32,914 nt of DNA from a virus (taxonomy: Duplodnaviria; Caudoviricetes), in the IMG/VR virus record IMGVR_UViG_3300043493_000106, positions 1-32,914 of that record. One strand, given 5' to 3'. This document shows positions 1 to 7,523 of this stretch, piece by piece. The number at the start of each line of letters is the position of its first letter. Within the stretch, counting starts at the first letter, position 1. Below the pieces are notes generated by a model. That model was given only the letters and a program-made list of their open reading frames with translations, had not been told where the DNA came from and did not search any database. The position numbers were made by a program, and so were the translations under genes.

Positions 1-381
1 TCCACTGTCGGATTCCCACCAGATCTGGCCGTTCATCAGTGGCGGCAACGGCGGCGATTCAGCAATCACCACGCCCTGCACGATCAGCGCCTGCAGCGCC
101 TCGGCGGTCAGCCGGTGCGAGGCGATGGTGTTGACGGGGAAGGCACGCGCACCGGTGCTCTCACGACCGCGCGTGACGTTGAGCGACGCGCCGTCACGGC
201 TGTCGCAGTGAACGATCTCCAGGTTGCCAGCGCGGTCGACCAGCGTCAGCGGGAACCACTGCCCGGCGGTTGGCTGGGGAAATTCATTGGCCTCGTTAAC
301 CTGCACGACGATCGTCGTCTGGGTGGCGTCGATCGCCTCAGCCAGGGTCGATGTCGCGTTGTTCCTGAAGGTGACGCTCAT
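1..381 (-). CDS. Tail fibre protein, N-terminal part (runs off the window)
   Basis: Not in the ORF track. Manual translation from ATG 381 gives MSVTFRNNATSTLAEAIDATQTTIVV...LEIVHCDSRDGASLNVTRGRESTGARAF...GQIWWESDSG, a typical phage tail-fibre N-terminal anchor; follows the adaptor genes. Confidence 0.8.
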   Translation of the reverse strand, partial: MSVTFRNNATSTLAEAIDATQTTIVVQVNEANEFPQPTAGQWFPLTLVDRAGNLEIVHCDSRDGASLNVTRGRESTGARAFPVNTIASHRLTAEALQALIVQGVVIAESPPLPPLMNGQIWWESDSG

Positions 382-672
382 CTAGCAATCCCTGATCCGC
401 ATCCTGAAGCAGACGCGCTTGACGCGGCCGAGCGCCGTAAAGGCATCGACGCGGACATCCGACTGCTCGCCGCTGGCGCCACCGCCGACCCACACCTTGA
501 CGACCTCGTCGGTGAATTCGACAAAGCCGACGCTGAACGTGACGTCGGGACTTTCGACCGCCGCCTCGGCGGAGATGACGACGTCGTCGCCATTCAGCCA
601 GCGGATGTAGTCGACGTCGTAGTCGAGCAGGTCGAACGGGTTTTTCTCGACGGTCGCCAGGGTCTGCATCAT
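382..672 (-). CDS. Putative tail fibre-adaptor / virion structural protein
   Basis: 96 aa with KNPFDLLDYDVDYIRWL...VKVWVGGG motif typical of small beta-rich fibre adaptor proteins; sits just before the tail fibre. Confidence 0.7.
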   Translation of the reverse strand: MMQTLATVEKNPFDLLDYDVDYIRWLNGDDVVISAEAAVESPDVTFSVGFVEFTDEVVKVWVGGGASGEQSDVRVDAFTALGRVKRVCFRMRIRDC

Positions 673-872
673 GCCGCCGTCTCCTGGTCCTTCTGCGGCA
701 CCAGCATGCCGCGGCGGTCCTCCGGGACGAGGATACGATGCCCGTCGAACAGGAAATCACCGCAGGCGTAGAAGAAGCTGCCGTCGTCGATCGCAAAGTG
801 GTTCAGCTCGGCGCCGTCGAGCGCGCCGAGATCGATGAAGCAGGAAGAGGTTTCGCGCGTGACCACCGCCAT
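669..872 (-). CDS. Hypothetical virion-module protein (67 aa)
   Basis: MAVVTRETSSCFIDLG...; ATG overlaps the upstream TGA (TGATG) and its stop overlaps the next start. Confidence 0.65.
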   Translation of the reverse strand: MAVVTRETSSCFIDLGALDGAELNHFAIDDGSFFYACGDFLFDGHRILVPEDRRGMLVPQKDQETAA

Positions 873-1510
873 CAGAACCACGCCGCCTGGCTGCGCAGCC
901 TGGCCCCCTGCTGTCCCTTGGTGAATTCGGTCTTGACCGAGGCGATCCTCGAGGTGAAATCGTCGTGCATGACGCCGCCGAGCTGCGGATTGGCCCACTC
1001 CGACGGCGTCATCAGCGCCTTGGCGGCGGCACCGCGGCCGATCACCGTGCGGTGCAGCGCATACAGCCAGTCGGGCAGCACTTGCGCCTCGAGCGACGGC
1101 TGCAGCACCAGCTGCAGCTGCAGCGTCGCCGCCTGGCGCGGGAACACGCTGACGGTGTTGGGGTTGATCTGGAAGACGTAGGACGCCCCGCCGGACGTCG
1201 GATCGTTGACCCAGTTCGGCCGGTTGACGTTGAGCCACGCCATGGTCTTCGGCTCGAGCGGCCGGCCGACGGCGCCATTGTCGTCGAGGATGGCGGCCTG
1301 CTCGATGTCGACGATCTCGGCGTCGGTCGACGTGCCCAAGCTTTCGTAATCAGGTGCGGCAAGGGTTACACTTGCTGTGTCACGCCACAGCCGGGCGTTG
1401 TGGCAGAGGTCGCGCGCCGCCTCGCGGATATACTTCAGCGCCAGCGGCTCGGCGCAGTTGGGCGCGAAGATCAGGACCTCTGGCAGGAAATCATCGATGT
1501 CGCGCATCAC
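872..1510 (-). CDS. Putative head-tail adaptor protein
   Basis: 212 aa, FLPEVLIFAPNCAEPLALKYIREAARDLCHNARLWR; conserved podophage adaptor pattern and position. Confidence 0.7.
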   Translation of the reverse strand: MMRDIDDFLPEVLIFAPNCAEPLALKYIREAARDLCHNARLWRDTASVTLAAPDYESLGTSTDAEIVDIEQAAILDDNGAVGRPLEPKTMAWLNVNRPNWVNDPTSGGASYVFQINPNTVSVFPRQAATLQLQLVLQPSLEAQVLPDWLYALHRTVIGRGAAAKALMTPSEWANPQLGGVMHDDFTSRIASVKTEFTKGQQGARLRSQAAWF

Positions 1511-2205
1511 GGCCTCGCGTTCGGGCTGTGCGACTTCTCGACCTGCAGCTTGAGGCCGATGGCACTGGCGAACTGCTGATAGTGCATCGAGGCGCGGCCG
1601 GCCTGGCCCTCGAGATTGTCCTTCATCTGGCAGCGGTAAAGCACGTAATCCAGCAGCGGCACCGAGTAAGGCTCGGGCAGGCCGACGTCTCCGGTATAGG
1701 AACCGATCGACGCCGGCGGTCCGCTCGCCGCCAGCGGCACCGGCAGCGTGCCGAGTTCGGCTTCGACCATGCCGGTGCCGTCATTGCCGGGGTAGACGTA
1801 GAACTGCAGCGGCACCAGCTCGTCGTAGCAATAGTTGCGCACCTCCTTGCGGAAGCGCGTCCTGACGCGGTCGTGCCAATCGGGGTCGACGGCATCGAGC
1901 ATGGCGCGGTCGGTGCGCTTGATCATGCGGCCGCCGCCGAGCGGCGGCGTGTCGCTGTCGACGTTGCGATTGATGCCGATCAGCAGCTGCGGCTTGACCG
2001 TTCCGACCGTCGCTGGAAGGTTCTGCAGCGTTCCGGCCTGCAGCGGCAGCACGGCGGTGGTCGAGGACGCCGACGGCTTGGCCAGAACGATGGCGCGGAC
2101 GCCCTCGTTCAGCCAGTCACACAGCTCCGCCAGCGGCCAGCGAACATGGTCCGCGTCGTTGAGCAGCGTTGCCGCGCGGTTGAAGATGTCCTGACCACTG
2201 GGCAT
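1507..2205 (-). CDS. Head-tail adaptor protein (DUF6682-like)
   Basis: 232 aa, RAATLLNDADHVRWPLAELCDWLNEG...FYVYP...LLDYVLYRCQMKD motifs. Confidence 0.75.
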   Translation of the reverse strand: MPSGQDIFNRAATLLNDADHVRWPLAELCDWLNEGVRAIVLAKPSASSTTAVLPLQAGTLQNLPATVGTVKPQLLIGINRNVDSDTPPLGGGRMIKRTDRAMLDAVDPDWHDRVRTRFRKEVRNYCYDELVPLQFYVYPGNDGTGMVEAELGTLPVPLAASGPPASIGSYTGDVGLPEPYSVPLLDYVLYRCQMKDNLEGQAGRASMHYQQFASAIGLKLQVEKSHSPNARP

Positions 2206-2208
2206 GCA

Positions 2209-2880
2209 TCATCCCGTCAATGCCTTGGCCTGTTCAATCCAGCCGTCACGCTCGATGCGACCGTTGAGGCCAAGCGCGTCGTCGATCTCCTGCGCTTCCC
2301 GCTTCGACCAATCGGCGATGTCGGCAACGGTGACGCCGCGCTCGGTCAGCTTGTGCGCCAACGCCTTGCCGATGCCGTGGATCTTGGTCAGCGGTACTTC
2401 GTCCTCGGCCAGCTCGCTGTCGTCAGGCAGGCTGCCGAGCGGCGCTGCCGCCTCGGTAAAGGAAAACTCGAGCGGATCGGTCTCGCTGAGATCGTAGCGC
2501 CGCACCAGCACCGGCACGCTGACGACGCCCCACCCGAGCGACGGCTTGACGATGGTGGTGATCTCGGTCTCGGAGACGAACTTGGCTGGCTCGATCTGAC
2601 CGGCGAAAATGATCACCGAATCCGGTGCGAAGCCGGTTCCCGTGCACGTCAGCACGGTGTCCTCGCTGCCGAGCACGGCGCTGGTCGGGTCGATCGACGT
2701 CAGCGTCAGCTCGGCCGGATCGCGCGCGACGACACGGTAGTGAACCACCGACGTCAGGACCTGCGCGTGCTTGCGGTCGTGGACCTCGGCAACGCAGCGT
2801 CCGTATTCGTCCGGCGCGAAAGTGTAGGTCGAACCCATGATCTCGGTCGTGGTCGGCCCGTAGGTGCATTGAACAAGCAT
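2209..2880 (-). CDS. Multidomain protein: phage N-terminal domain + IPT/TIG Ig-like domain + helix-hairpin-helix domain
   Basis: ATG 2880 preceded by AGAGGAAG. LTSIDPTSAVLG...TGTGF...FVSETEIT fits IPT/TIG; LTKIHGIGKALAHKL...IADW...GRIERDGWIEQAKAL fits an HhH domain. Confidence 0.75.
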   Translation of the reverse strand: MLVQCTYGPTTTEIMGSTYTFAPDEYGRCVAEVHDRKHAQVLTSVVHYRVVARDPAELTLTSIDPTSAVLGSEDTVLTCTGTGFAPDSVIIFAGQIEPAKFVSETEITTIVKPSLGWGVVSVPVLVRRYDLSETDPLEFSFTEAAAPLGSLPDDSELAEDEVPLTKIHGIGKALAHKLTERGVTVADIADWSKREAQEIDDALGLNGRIERDGWIEQAKALTG

Positions 2881-2881
2881 G

Positions 2882-3028
2882 TCAGCTCTTCCTCTTTCCC
2901 TTGCGCATGACGCCTTTCGACGCCATCGGCGGCGCCGCCGTCTTGCCAATCTTCACTGTGCCGCCAGTATCGGACTGGTAGGTCTTGCCCTTGATGGGAA
3001 ATGCTGCCGGTTTCTTGGCCATCTTCAT
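2882..3028 (-). CDS. Small basic protein (48 aa)
   Basis: Not in the ORF track. MKMAKKPAAFPIKGKTYQSDTGGTVKIGKTAAPPMASKGVMRKGKRKS; ATGA overlap with the upstream gene and fills the gap exactly. Confidence 0.6.
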   Translation of the reverse strand: MKMAKKPAAFPIKGKTYQSDTGGTVKIGKTAAPPMASKGVMRKGKRKS

Positions 3029-3996
3029 CTCCATATCCCGAGCGTCTTGCGTGGCTGGCCACCCTGCGCGGCGCGCGCCTTGGCGTCAGCTCTGGCCGAG
3101 TTCGCCCTTGCCTTGGCGAGCAGGCCGGCGGTCTTTTCGCGGGCGCTGAACGTGCTGGATGCCGGCGTGGCGCTGCTGGTCGGCTTAACCGCCGCGACTG
3201 GCGACGGCTTGACGGCTGCGACAGCCGACGACGGCTTGACCACGGTCTTGCCGGCCGCCACCACGGCGGGGCGCGGCTGCATCGGCGATGGCACCCGCGC
3301 GGTTGCCTTGCCCGACGGCGTGATGTCGCGCGCCGTGGCCGGCAGGCCGGACGACTTGTTGAGGTTGGAATACTGCGCACCATGCGGCCCAGGCGACGCC
3401 GTCTTGCGGGCGGCGAAGGCGGTCGGCGCCGGCGGCTGGTTGCGCACGAACTGCCGCTTGGCGGCGATGTCCTTGGTGCGCTGCTGCGCCGACTGCATGG
3501 CCTTGTTGGTCGCGATCTTGCGATCTTCGACGCTGCGCTGCTCGGTCGGTCCGAAATAGACCGGTTTCTGGGTCCGCTTGACGCTGGGGGCGCCGACATT
3601 GTCGGGGCGGTTCGACGACGGTGGATACGGCTTGCGCGTCGGCGTCGGAACGCTCGCCGGTTTGACAGCAGCAGGACTGCGTGGCGCGGCCTTGGGCAAC
3701 GGCACGCCCTTGTCCGGCAAGCCGGAGCGCGGCGCTGGCTTTGGCAGGACCGTGGTCTTCTTAGCCAGCGTGGTCGGTCCCGCCGCACCCTTTGGCTTGA
3801 CGGCGGCCATCGTCGACTTGGCCGCGCCACCACTGGCGGTCTTGGTGTTGTAGCTCTTGCCGCCGAACTTGAAGGACTTGGCGCCCTTGGCCTTCTGGCG
3901 CGCGAACTCCTTGTCGAATGCTTTGCCGCCCTTTGATCGCACTTTCGGTTTCCTCGACGCGGCCAGCTCGGCCTCCGTGCCTATGAATATACCCAC
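3025..3996 (-). CDS. Highly basic Lys/Ala/Pro-rich (histone H1-like) protein
   Basis: 323 aa with only about 13 acidic residues; AFDKEFARQKAKGAKSFKFGGKSYNTK motif, AVKPS-like repeats; AAGAGG before the GTG start. Confidence 0.7.
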   Translation of the reverse strand: MGIFIGTEAELAASRKPKVRSKGGKAFDKEFARQKAKGAKSFKFGGKSYNTKTASGGAAKSTMAAVKPKGAAGPTTLAKKTTVLPKPAPRSGLPDKGVPLPKAAPRSPAAVKPASVPTPTRKPYPPSSNRPDNVGAPSVKRTQKPVYFGPTEQRSVEDRKIATNKAMQSAQQRTKDIAAKRQFVRNQPPAPTAFAARKTASPGPHGAQYSNLNKSSGLPATARDITPSGKATARVPSPMQPRPAVVAAGKTVVKPSSAVAAVKPSPVAAVKPTSSATPASSTFSAREKTAGLLAKARANSARADAKARAAQGGQPRKTLGIWR

Positions 3997-4008
3997 GCGA
4001 GCGACCTC

Positions 4009-4521
4009 TTACTTGAAGAAGCCCTTGAGGCCGCTGAAATCGTGGCGCGCGCCGCTCGCCGCGCGCTGCTTCTTGGTCGGGTTCGGCTTGGTGCCGGGGT
4101 CGTAGCGGACCTGCTGCGGCACGTCGCCGCCGCGCCAGCTCTGGACGCCGCGCACGCTGCGCTGCTTCGGCGGGGTGACGGCGGTTGTCGCGGTCGGCCG
4201 TTTGGTCGGCACGACGGTCGTGGTCTGCCGCGTGCTCCTCTTGACAGGAGGCGTAACGGCAGGGGCCTTCGTTTCAACCTTCTTGATGTAGCGGATCGGG
4301 TTGGCGCCGACCGTCTCGCCGCCTAGCTCATCACCCAGCTTGCGCAGCGTGCTGCGCGAATCGGTGGAGCTGCGATCGTCCGGCTCATAGGTGAACTTGG
4401 TGTTCGGGTGGGCCGCGACGTTGGTCGGGTCCTTGGTCTTGTCGGGCGTCCAGCCACCGAACATGCTGCCGATGCCAGAAACGACATCACCCACCGTCCA
4501 GTCGCGCGTCTTCTTGGCCAT
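4009..4521 (-). CDS. Basic hypothetical protein
   Basis: 170 aa, K/R/T/P-rich; strong SD GAGGAG upstream. Confidence 0.7.
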   Translation of the reverse strand: MAKKTRDWTVGDVVSGIGSMFGGWTPDKTKDPTNVAAHPNTKFTYEPDDRSSTDSRSTLRKLGDELGGETVGANPIRYIKKVETKAPAVTPPVKRSTRQTTTVVPTKRPTATTAVTPPKQRSVRGVQSWRGGDVPQQVRYDPGTKPNPTKKQRAASGARHDFSGLKGFFK

Positions 4522-4546
4522 GCCCGTCTCTCCTCTTCAGACTTTA

Positions 4547-4596
4547 CCGGCGACCCGCTGGCCTGTGAGAGGAGGATCAGGCCGGCGGATCGCCGG
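4547..4596 (-). promoter_or_regulatory. 19-bp stem-loop with a C/U-rich anti-SD-like loop
   Basis: mRNA reads CCGGCGAUCCGCCGGCCUG-[AUCCUCCUCUCA]-CAGGCCAGCGGGUCGCCGG in the intergenic gap; no U-tract follows. Confidence 0.65.
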
Positions 4597-4632
4597 GTGC
4601 TTCTTGAACCCCTTGCCCGGATGTGCGCAGGC

Positions 4633-5121
4633 TCAAGTAGTCGCTAACCAGACGCCGAGCGTCACGGTCTGCACCGTCGCAGCGGTCGTGGCGCCGGCCA
4701 GCGTGACGCCGATGCCGCGCTCGTAGGCGACAGGGGCAACCGCGAAGCCGGTCGCCGCGCTCATGCGCGTCGCAGCCGCTGCGGAGAGTGCCGTGGCAGC
4801 CGCGAAGAACTCGGTGCCGCAGGTGCGCGCGGCGAGATCGGCGGCGCTGTTGGAGCCGGGTGGCGCAGGCGGCGTCCGTGAATCCGTAATCACGCCGACG
4901 CCGCAGGTGACGCTGGCGCCAACCACGCTGTTTTCCAGAACCATGTCGACGACACGGCAGTTCGGCGGGATGACGCCGACCTCGAGGCAGGTGGCGACCA
5001 CCGTCGACGCCGGTATCGACATGACGAAGCGGTTGTAAACGACATCGCCAGCCGAGTCGGGATAGGCGACAGCCTGGCTGCCGGCGACCGCAGGACCGCG
5101 CAGAAGTGCAGTAATGGCCAT
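4633..5121 (-). CDS. Putative capsid cement/decoration protein (Bbp16-like)
   Basis: 162 aa Ala/Val/Gly-rich beta-type protein directly after the major capsid gene; SD AAGGAG before ATG 5121. Confidence 0.65.
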   Translation of the reverse strand: MAITALLRGPAVAGSQAVAYPDSAGDVVYNRFVMSIPASTVVATCLEVGVIPPNCRVVDMVLENSVVGASVTCGVGVITDSRTPPAPPGSNSAADLAARTCGTEFFAAATALSAAAATRMSAATGFAVAPVAYERGIGVTLAGATTAATVQTVTLGVWLATT

Positions 5122-5134
5122 TTCAAATCGCTCC

Positions 5135-6235
5135 TTACGGGTTCGGGTCCTTGGCCGCGGTGTCGATCGACAGGACGCCGAAATCCTTGCCGTTAAACCG
5201 CGATTTCTTGATGCCCATGATGACGCCAGCCGCGACCTTCGGCTCGTTGCCGTGGTCGGACATCTCCTCGGTCCAGGTGAACCGCAGGCCGCCAGCCGAA
5301 CCGTAGGCGACGACGCCGGCCTGACGCCCCATGAACAGGGCGCGCGCGGCGAGCACGTTGTTGCCGGCGCCATAGTCGCTGAAGCGGATGACGTTCTCGT
5401 GGGAGTGCAGCACGACGTTGTCGATCATGCCGAGGCCGCCCTTGAAGATCGGGTTGTTGCGGCCTTCCGCCTGCGCTGCAGCCTTCTGGATATCGAGCCA
5501 GCCGCCGGTGTCCGAGACGCGCAGATCGTATTCCTGGAACGGCGACATGACGAGCACGTAGTGCTGCTCGCCATCGATGTTGATGGCAATCATGTTGGCC
5601 GTGGTCGGGTCGGAAGCGCGCATCATCGTCGCCTTGACGGCGGCGCGCTCGACGACGACGCGGGTCATCACGTCGGTGGCGGTGAGGTTGCCCTTGCCGG
5701 TAACGGTGCCGGGATAGATGATGTGGCCGGCATCAGGGGCGTCGATGGTGTTGCCGGCGAAGCCGGCCCAGGTGATGTCCTCGATATAGTCCTGGTTCAC
5801 GCCGCGGGCGCCGGACAGGTAGACGAAATTGAGCTGGTCGATGTACTGCGACCAATAGTCGGAGAGACGGTCGCGGGCGATCGAGCGGATGTTGTGCAGC
5901 GTGCGCTTGCGCGACATCTTGCCGCCGGCGCTGACGCCGTGCCGCATCTGGTCGATGTAGACCTGGTCAGTAAAAAATCTCAAATTCTCTTCTTTTCCTT
6001 CGAGCCGGTTGTCGCCGGTCGTCGGTTTGTTGCGGAGCTGAACCGACAGGTCGAAGCTGATGGTGTCGCCAGCATCGCTCTCGAGATCGGTCAAACGCTG
6101 AATGACGCTGTTGTCCGACTCGGAGACAAACTTTCTGTCGAAGTAACCCTTGGTCAGGATGTCGAGGAAGAGTTGTGAACTCCAGCGCTTGACAGCCTTC
6201 GGGTCGCCGAAAGGAATCGTCGTCGGGCCTGCCAT
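5135..6235 (-). CDS. Major capsid protein, N4-gp56 family (DUF4043-like)
   Basis: 366 aa; DLESDAGDTISFDLSVQL, LEGKEENL, IDQMRHGV, NPIFKGGLG, FNGKDFGVLSIDTA motifs; follows scaffold. Confidence 0.93.
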   Translation of the reverse strand: MAGPTTIPFGDPKAVKRWSSQLFLDILTKGYFDRKFVSESDNSVIQRLTDLESDAGDTISFDLSVQLRNKPTTGDNRLEGKEENLRFFTDQVYIDQMRHGVSAGGKMSRKRTLHNIRSIARDRLSDYWSQYIDQLNFVYLSGARGVNQDYIEDITWAGFAGNTIDAPDAGHIIYPGTVTGKGNLTATDVMTRVVVERAAVKATMMRASDPTTANMIAINIDGEQHYVLVMSPFQEYDLRVSDTGGWLDIQKAAAQAEGRNNPIFKGGLGMIDNVVLHSHENVIRFSDYGAGNNVLAARALFMGRQAGVVAYGSAGGLRFTWTEEMSDHGNEPKVAAGVIMGIKKSRFNGKDFGVLSIDTAAKDPNP

Positions 6236-6243
6236 GGGACGTG

Positions 6244-6273
6244 CCTCCGTGTGAGGGACAGCACATCCTGCGC
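6244..6273 (-). promoter_or_regulatory. Putative tandem CsrA/RsmA-type binding sites in the capsid mRNA leader
   Basis: mRNA GCGCAGGAUGUGC (GGA in a hairpin loop, 6261-6273) and CACGGAGG overlapping the SD (6244-6251). Confidence 0.55.
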
Positions 6274-6328
6274 TTGAAGGGGGATCGCGATTTAATACGC
6301 CGCGCTGGTCAAACCGTCAACGCCGCGG

Positions 6329-6541
6329 CTACGCTACCGACCTGACGTCCTCGAGCACGCGGCGCGGCTGGCTCAATCCGTAGGTGTATTTCGGCGGGAT
6401 CACCCCGAGCGCCAGCGAACGCAAAGGCAGATCCGTAAAGAACGCCAGCTTGGTCGCGCTGCCGCTCTTGTGCTCTACACGCACCACCGCCACATCCCCT
6501 ATTTCCATCGCCTCGCCGGCACGCATTGTTCGACAAAACAT
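6329..6541 (-). CDS. CsrA/RsmA-like (carbon storage regulator fold) protein
   Basis: MFCRTMRAGEAMEIGDVAVVRVEHKSGSATKLAF aligns by eye with the CsrA pattern [22 protein letters not shown]...G.QVRIG; divergent at the C-terminal end. Confidence 0.6.
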   Translation of the reverse strand: MFCRTMRAGEAMEIGDVAVVRVEHKSGSATKLAFFTDLPLRSLALGVIPPKYTYGLSQPRRVLEDVRSVA

Positions 6542-6544
6542 GGC

Positions 6545-7510
6545 TCACGCCCCCATCAGATAGGCTTCACGGTCGACTGGTGACAGCTTCGACAGGGCGC
6601 GCTCGTAATCGGCGCCCTTCAGCTTCTCCAGCCGCGCGAACTTGTTGACGGCGGTGACCGGCGTCTGGTCCGACGCCGGGATGTTGTTGATGCTCGGCGG
6701 CATCTCGCGGCCGTTGCCGTTGGGCTTTTTCACCTTCTTCTTCTTCACGGGCTTGTCCACTGTTTCGACCGCGCCAAGCTCGGCGACGATGCGCTTGTGC
6801 GCCTCGATCAGGAACCTGGCGTCGGTCGGGTTGTTGGGGGATTCCAGCTGCATGTCGCGCACCAGCGCGTCGAGCATGCGATGGCGCAGGCTGCCGTCGA
6901 CATACTCAGGGTGCTCGGCCAGGAACAGCGGCACGGTGCTGCCGAACCATGCGTCCTGGATCACCTGGCTCGACATCTTGGCGACGGCGCGCTTTTCCTT
7001 GAGTGCGTCCAGCTCGGCGATCAATGCTTTCGATTGATCGCGCATCTCCTTGGCGGTGATCTCACCGTCGTCGAACTGCACGGCAATCGCGTCGAGCGCG
7101 GTGTCGATAGCGGAAAACCGTGACTCTTCCGCCGGCGTCAGGCGGATCGCGGTGGGGCCTGACGGCGCCGCGGCGGCGACACGCCGTGGCTCGTCCTCCT
7201 CCGCCTCCTCCGGCTCTTCCACCGCTTGCTGTTCTTCGTCTTCCTCTTCAGCCTCTTCCTCGGCGGGCGGGTCTTCCTCTTCGACAGGCTCTTCCTCGGT
7301 CGCCGGCTCGTCCTCTTCAGCCTCTTCCTCGGGCGGCGGGGCGGCCTCCGGTTCGGGGTCCTCGGGATCGCCAGCCGCGGCGGCGGCGATCATTGCGTCT
7401 TCCTCCGCCGTCTCGGCCTCGAGATCAGCCTGGTATTCCTTCAGCCCGATGCGTTCCTCATCGGTCAAAAGATCGAGTTCGTCGTCCGTCACCTTGGCGT
7501 ATTTGGCCAT
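6545..7510 (-). CDS. Capsid scaffolding protein
   Basis: ATG 7510 with AGAGAGG SD; very acidic N-half, coiled-coil middle, C-terminal FARLEKLKGADYERALSKLSPVDREAYL; lies between portal and capsid. Confidence 0.85.
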   Translation of the reverse strand: MAKYAKVTDDELDLLTDEERIGLKEYQADLEAETAEEDAMIAAAAAGDPEDPEPEAAPPPEEEAEEDEPATEEEPVEEEDPPAEEEAEEEDEEQQAVEEPEEAEEDEPRRVAAAAPSGPTAIRLTPAEESRFSAIDTALDAIAVQFDDGEITAKEMRDQSKALIAELDALKEKRAVAKMSSQVIQDAWFGSTVPLFLAEHPEYVDGSLRHRMLDALVRDMQLESPNNPTDARFLIEAHKRIVAELGAVETVDKPVKKKKVKKPNGNGREMPPSINNIPASDQTPVTAVNKFARLEKLKGADYERALSKLSPVDREAYLMGA

Positions 7511-7523
7511 GATCGTTTCCTCT

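Noticed and set aside
5121-5373. Open +1 frame across the capsid 3' end, in frame with the cement gene (possible programmed frameshift)
   Set aside because: No slippery site (the capsid ends CCG TAA, not CCC TAA), the cement gene has its own SD, and open frames are common at this GC content.
5135-6235. Classification as an N4-like (Schitoviridae) phage
   Set aside because: The N4-gp56 capsid family is widespread; no RNA polymerase genes are seen and the replication module is APSE/BPP-1-like.
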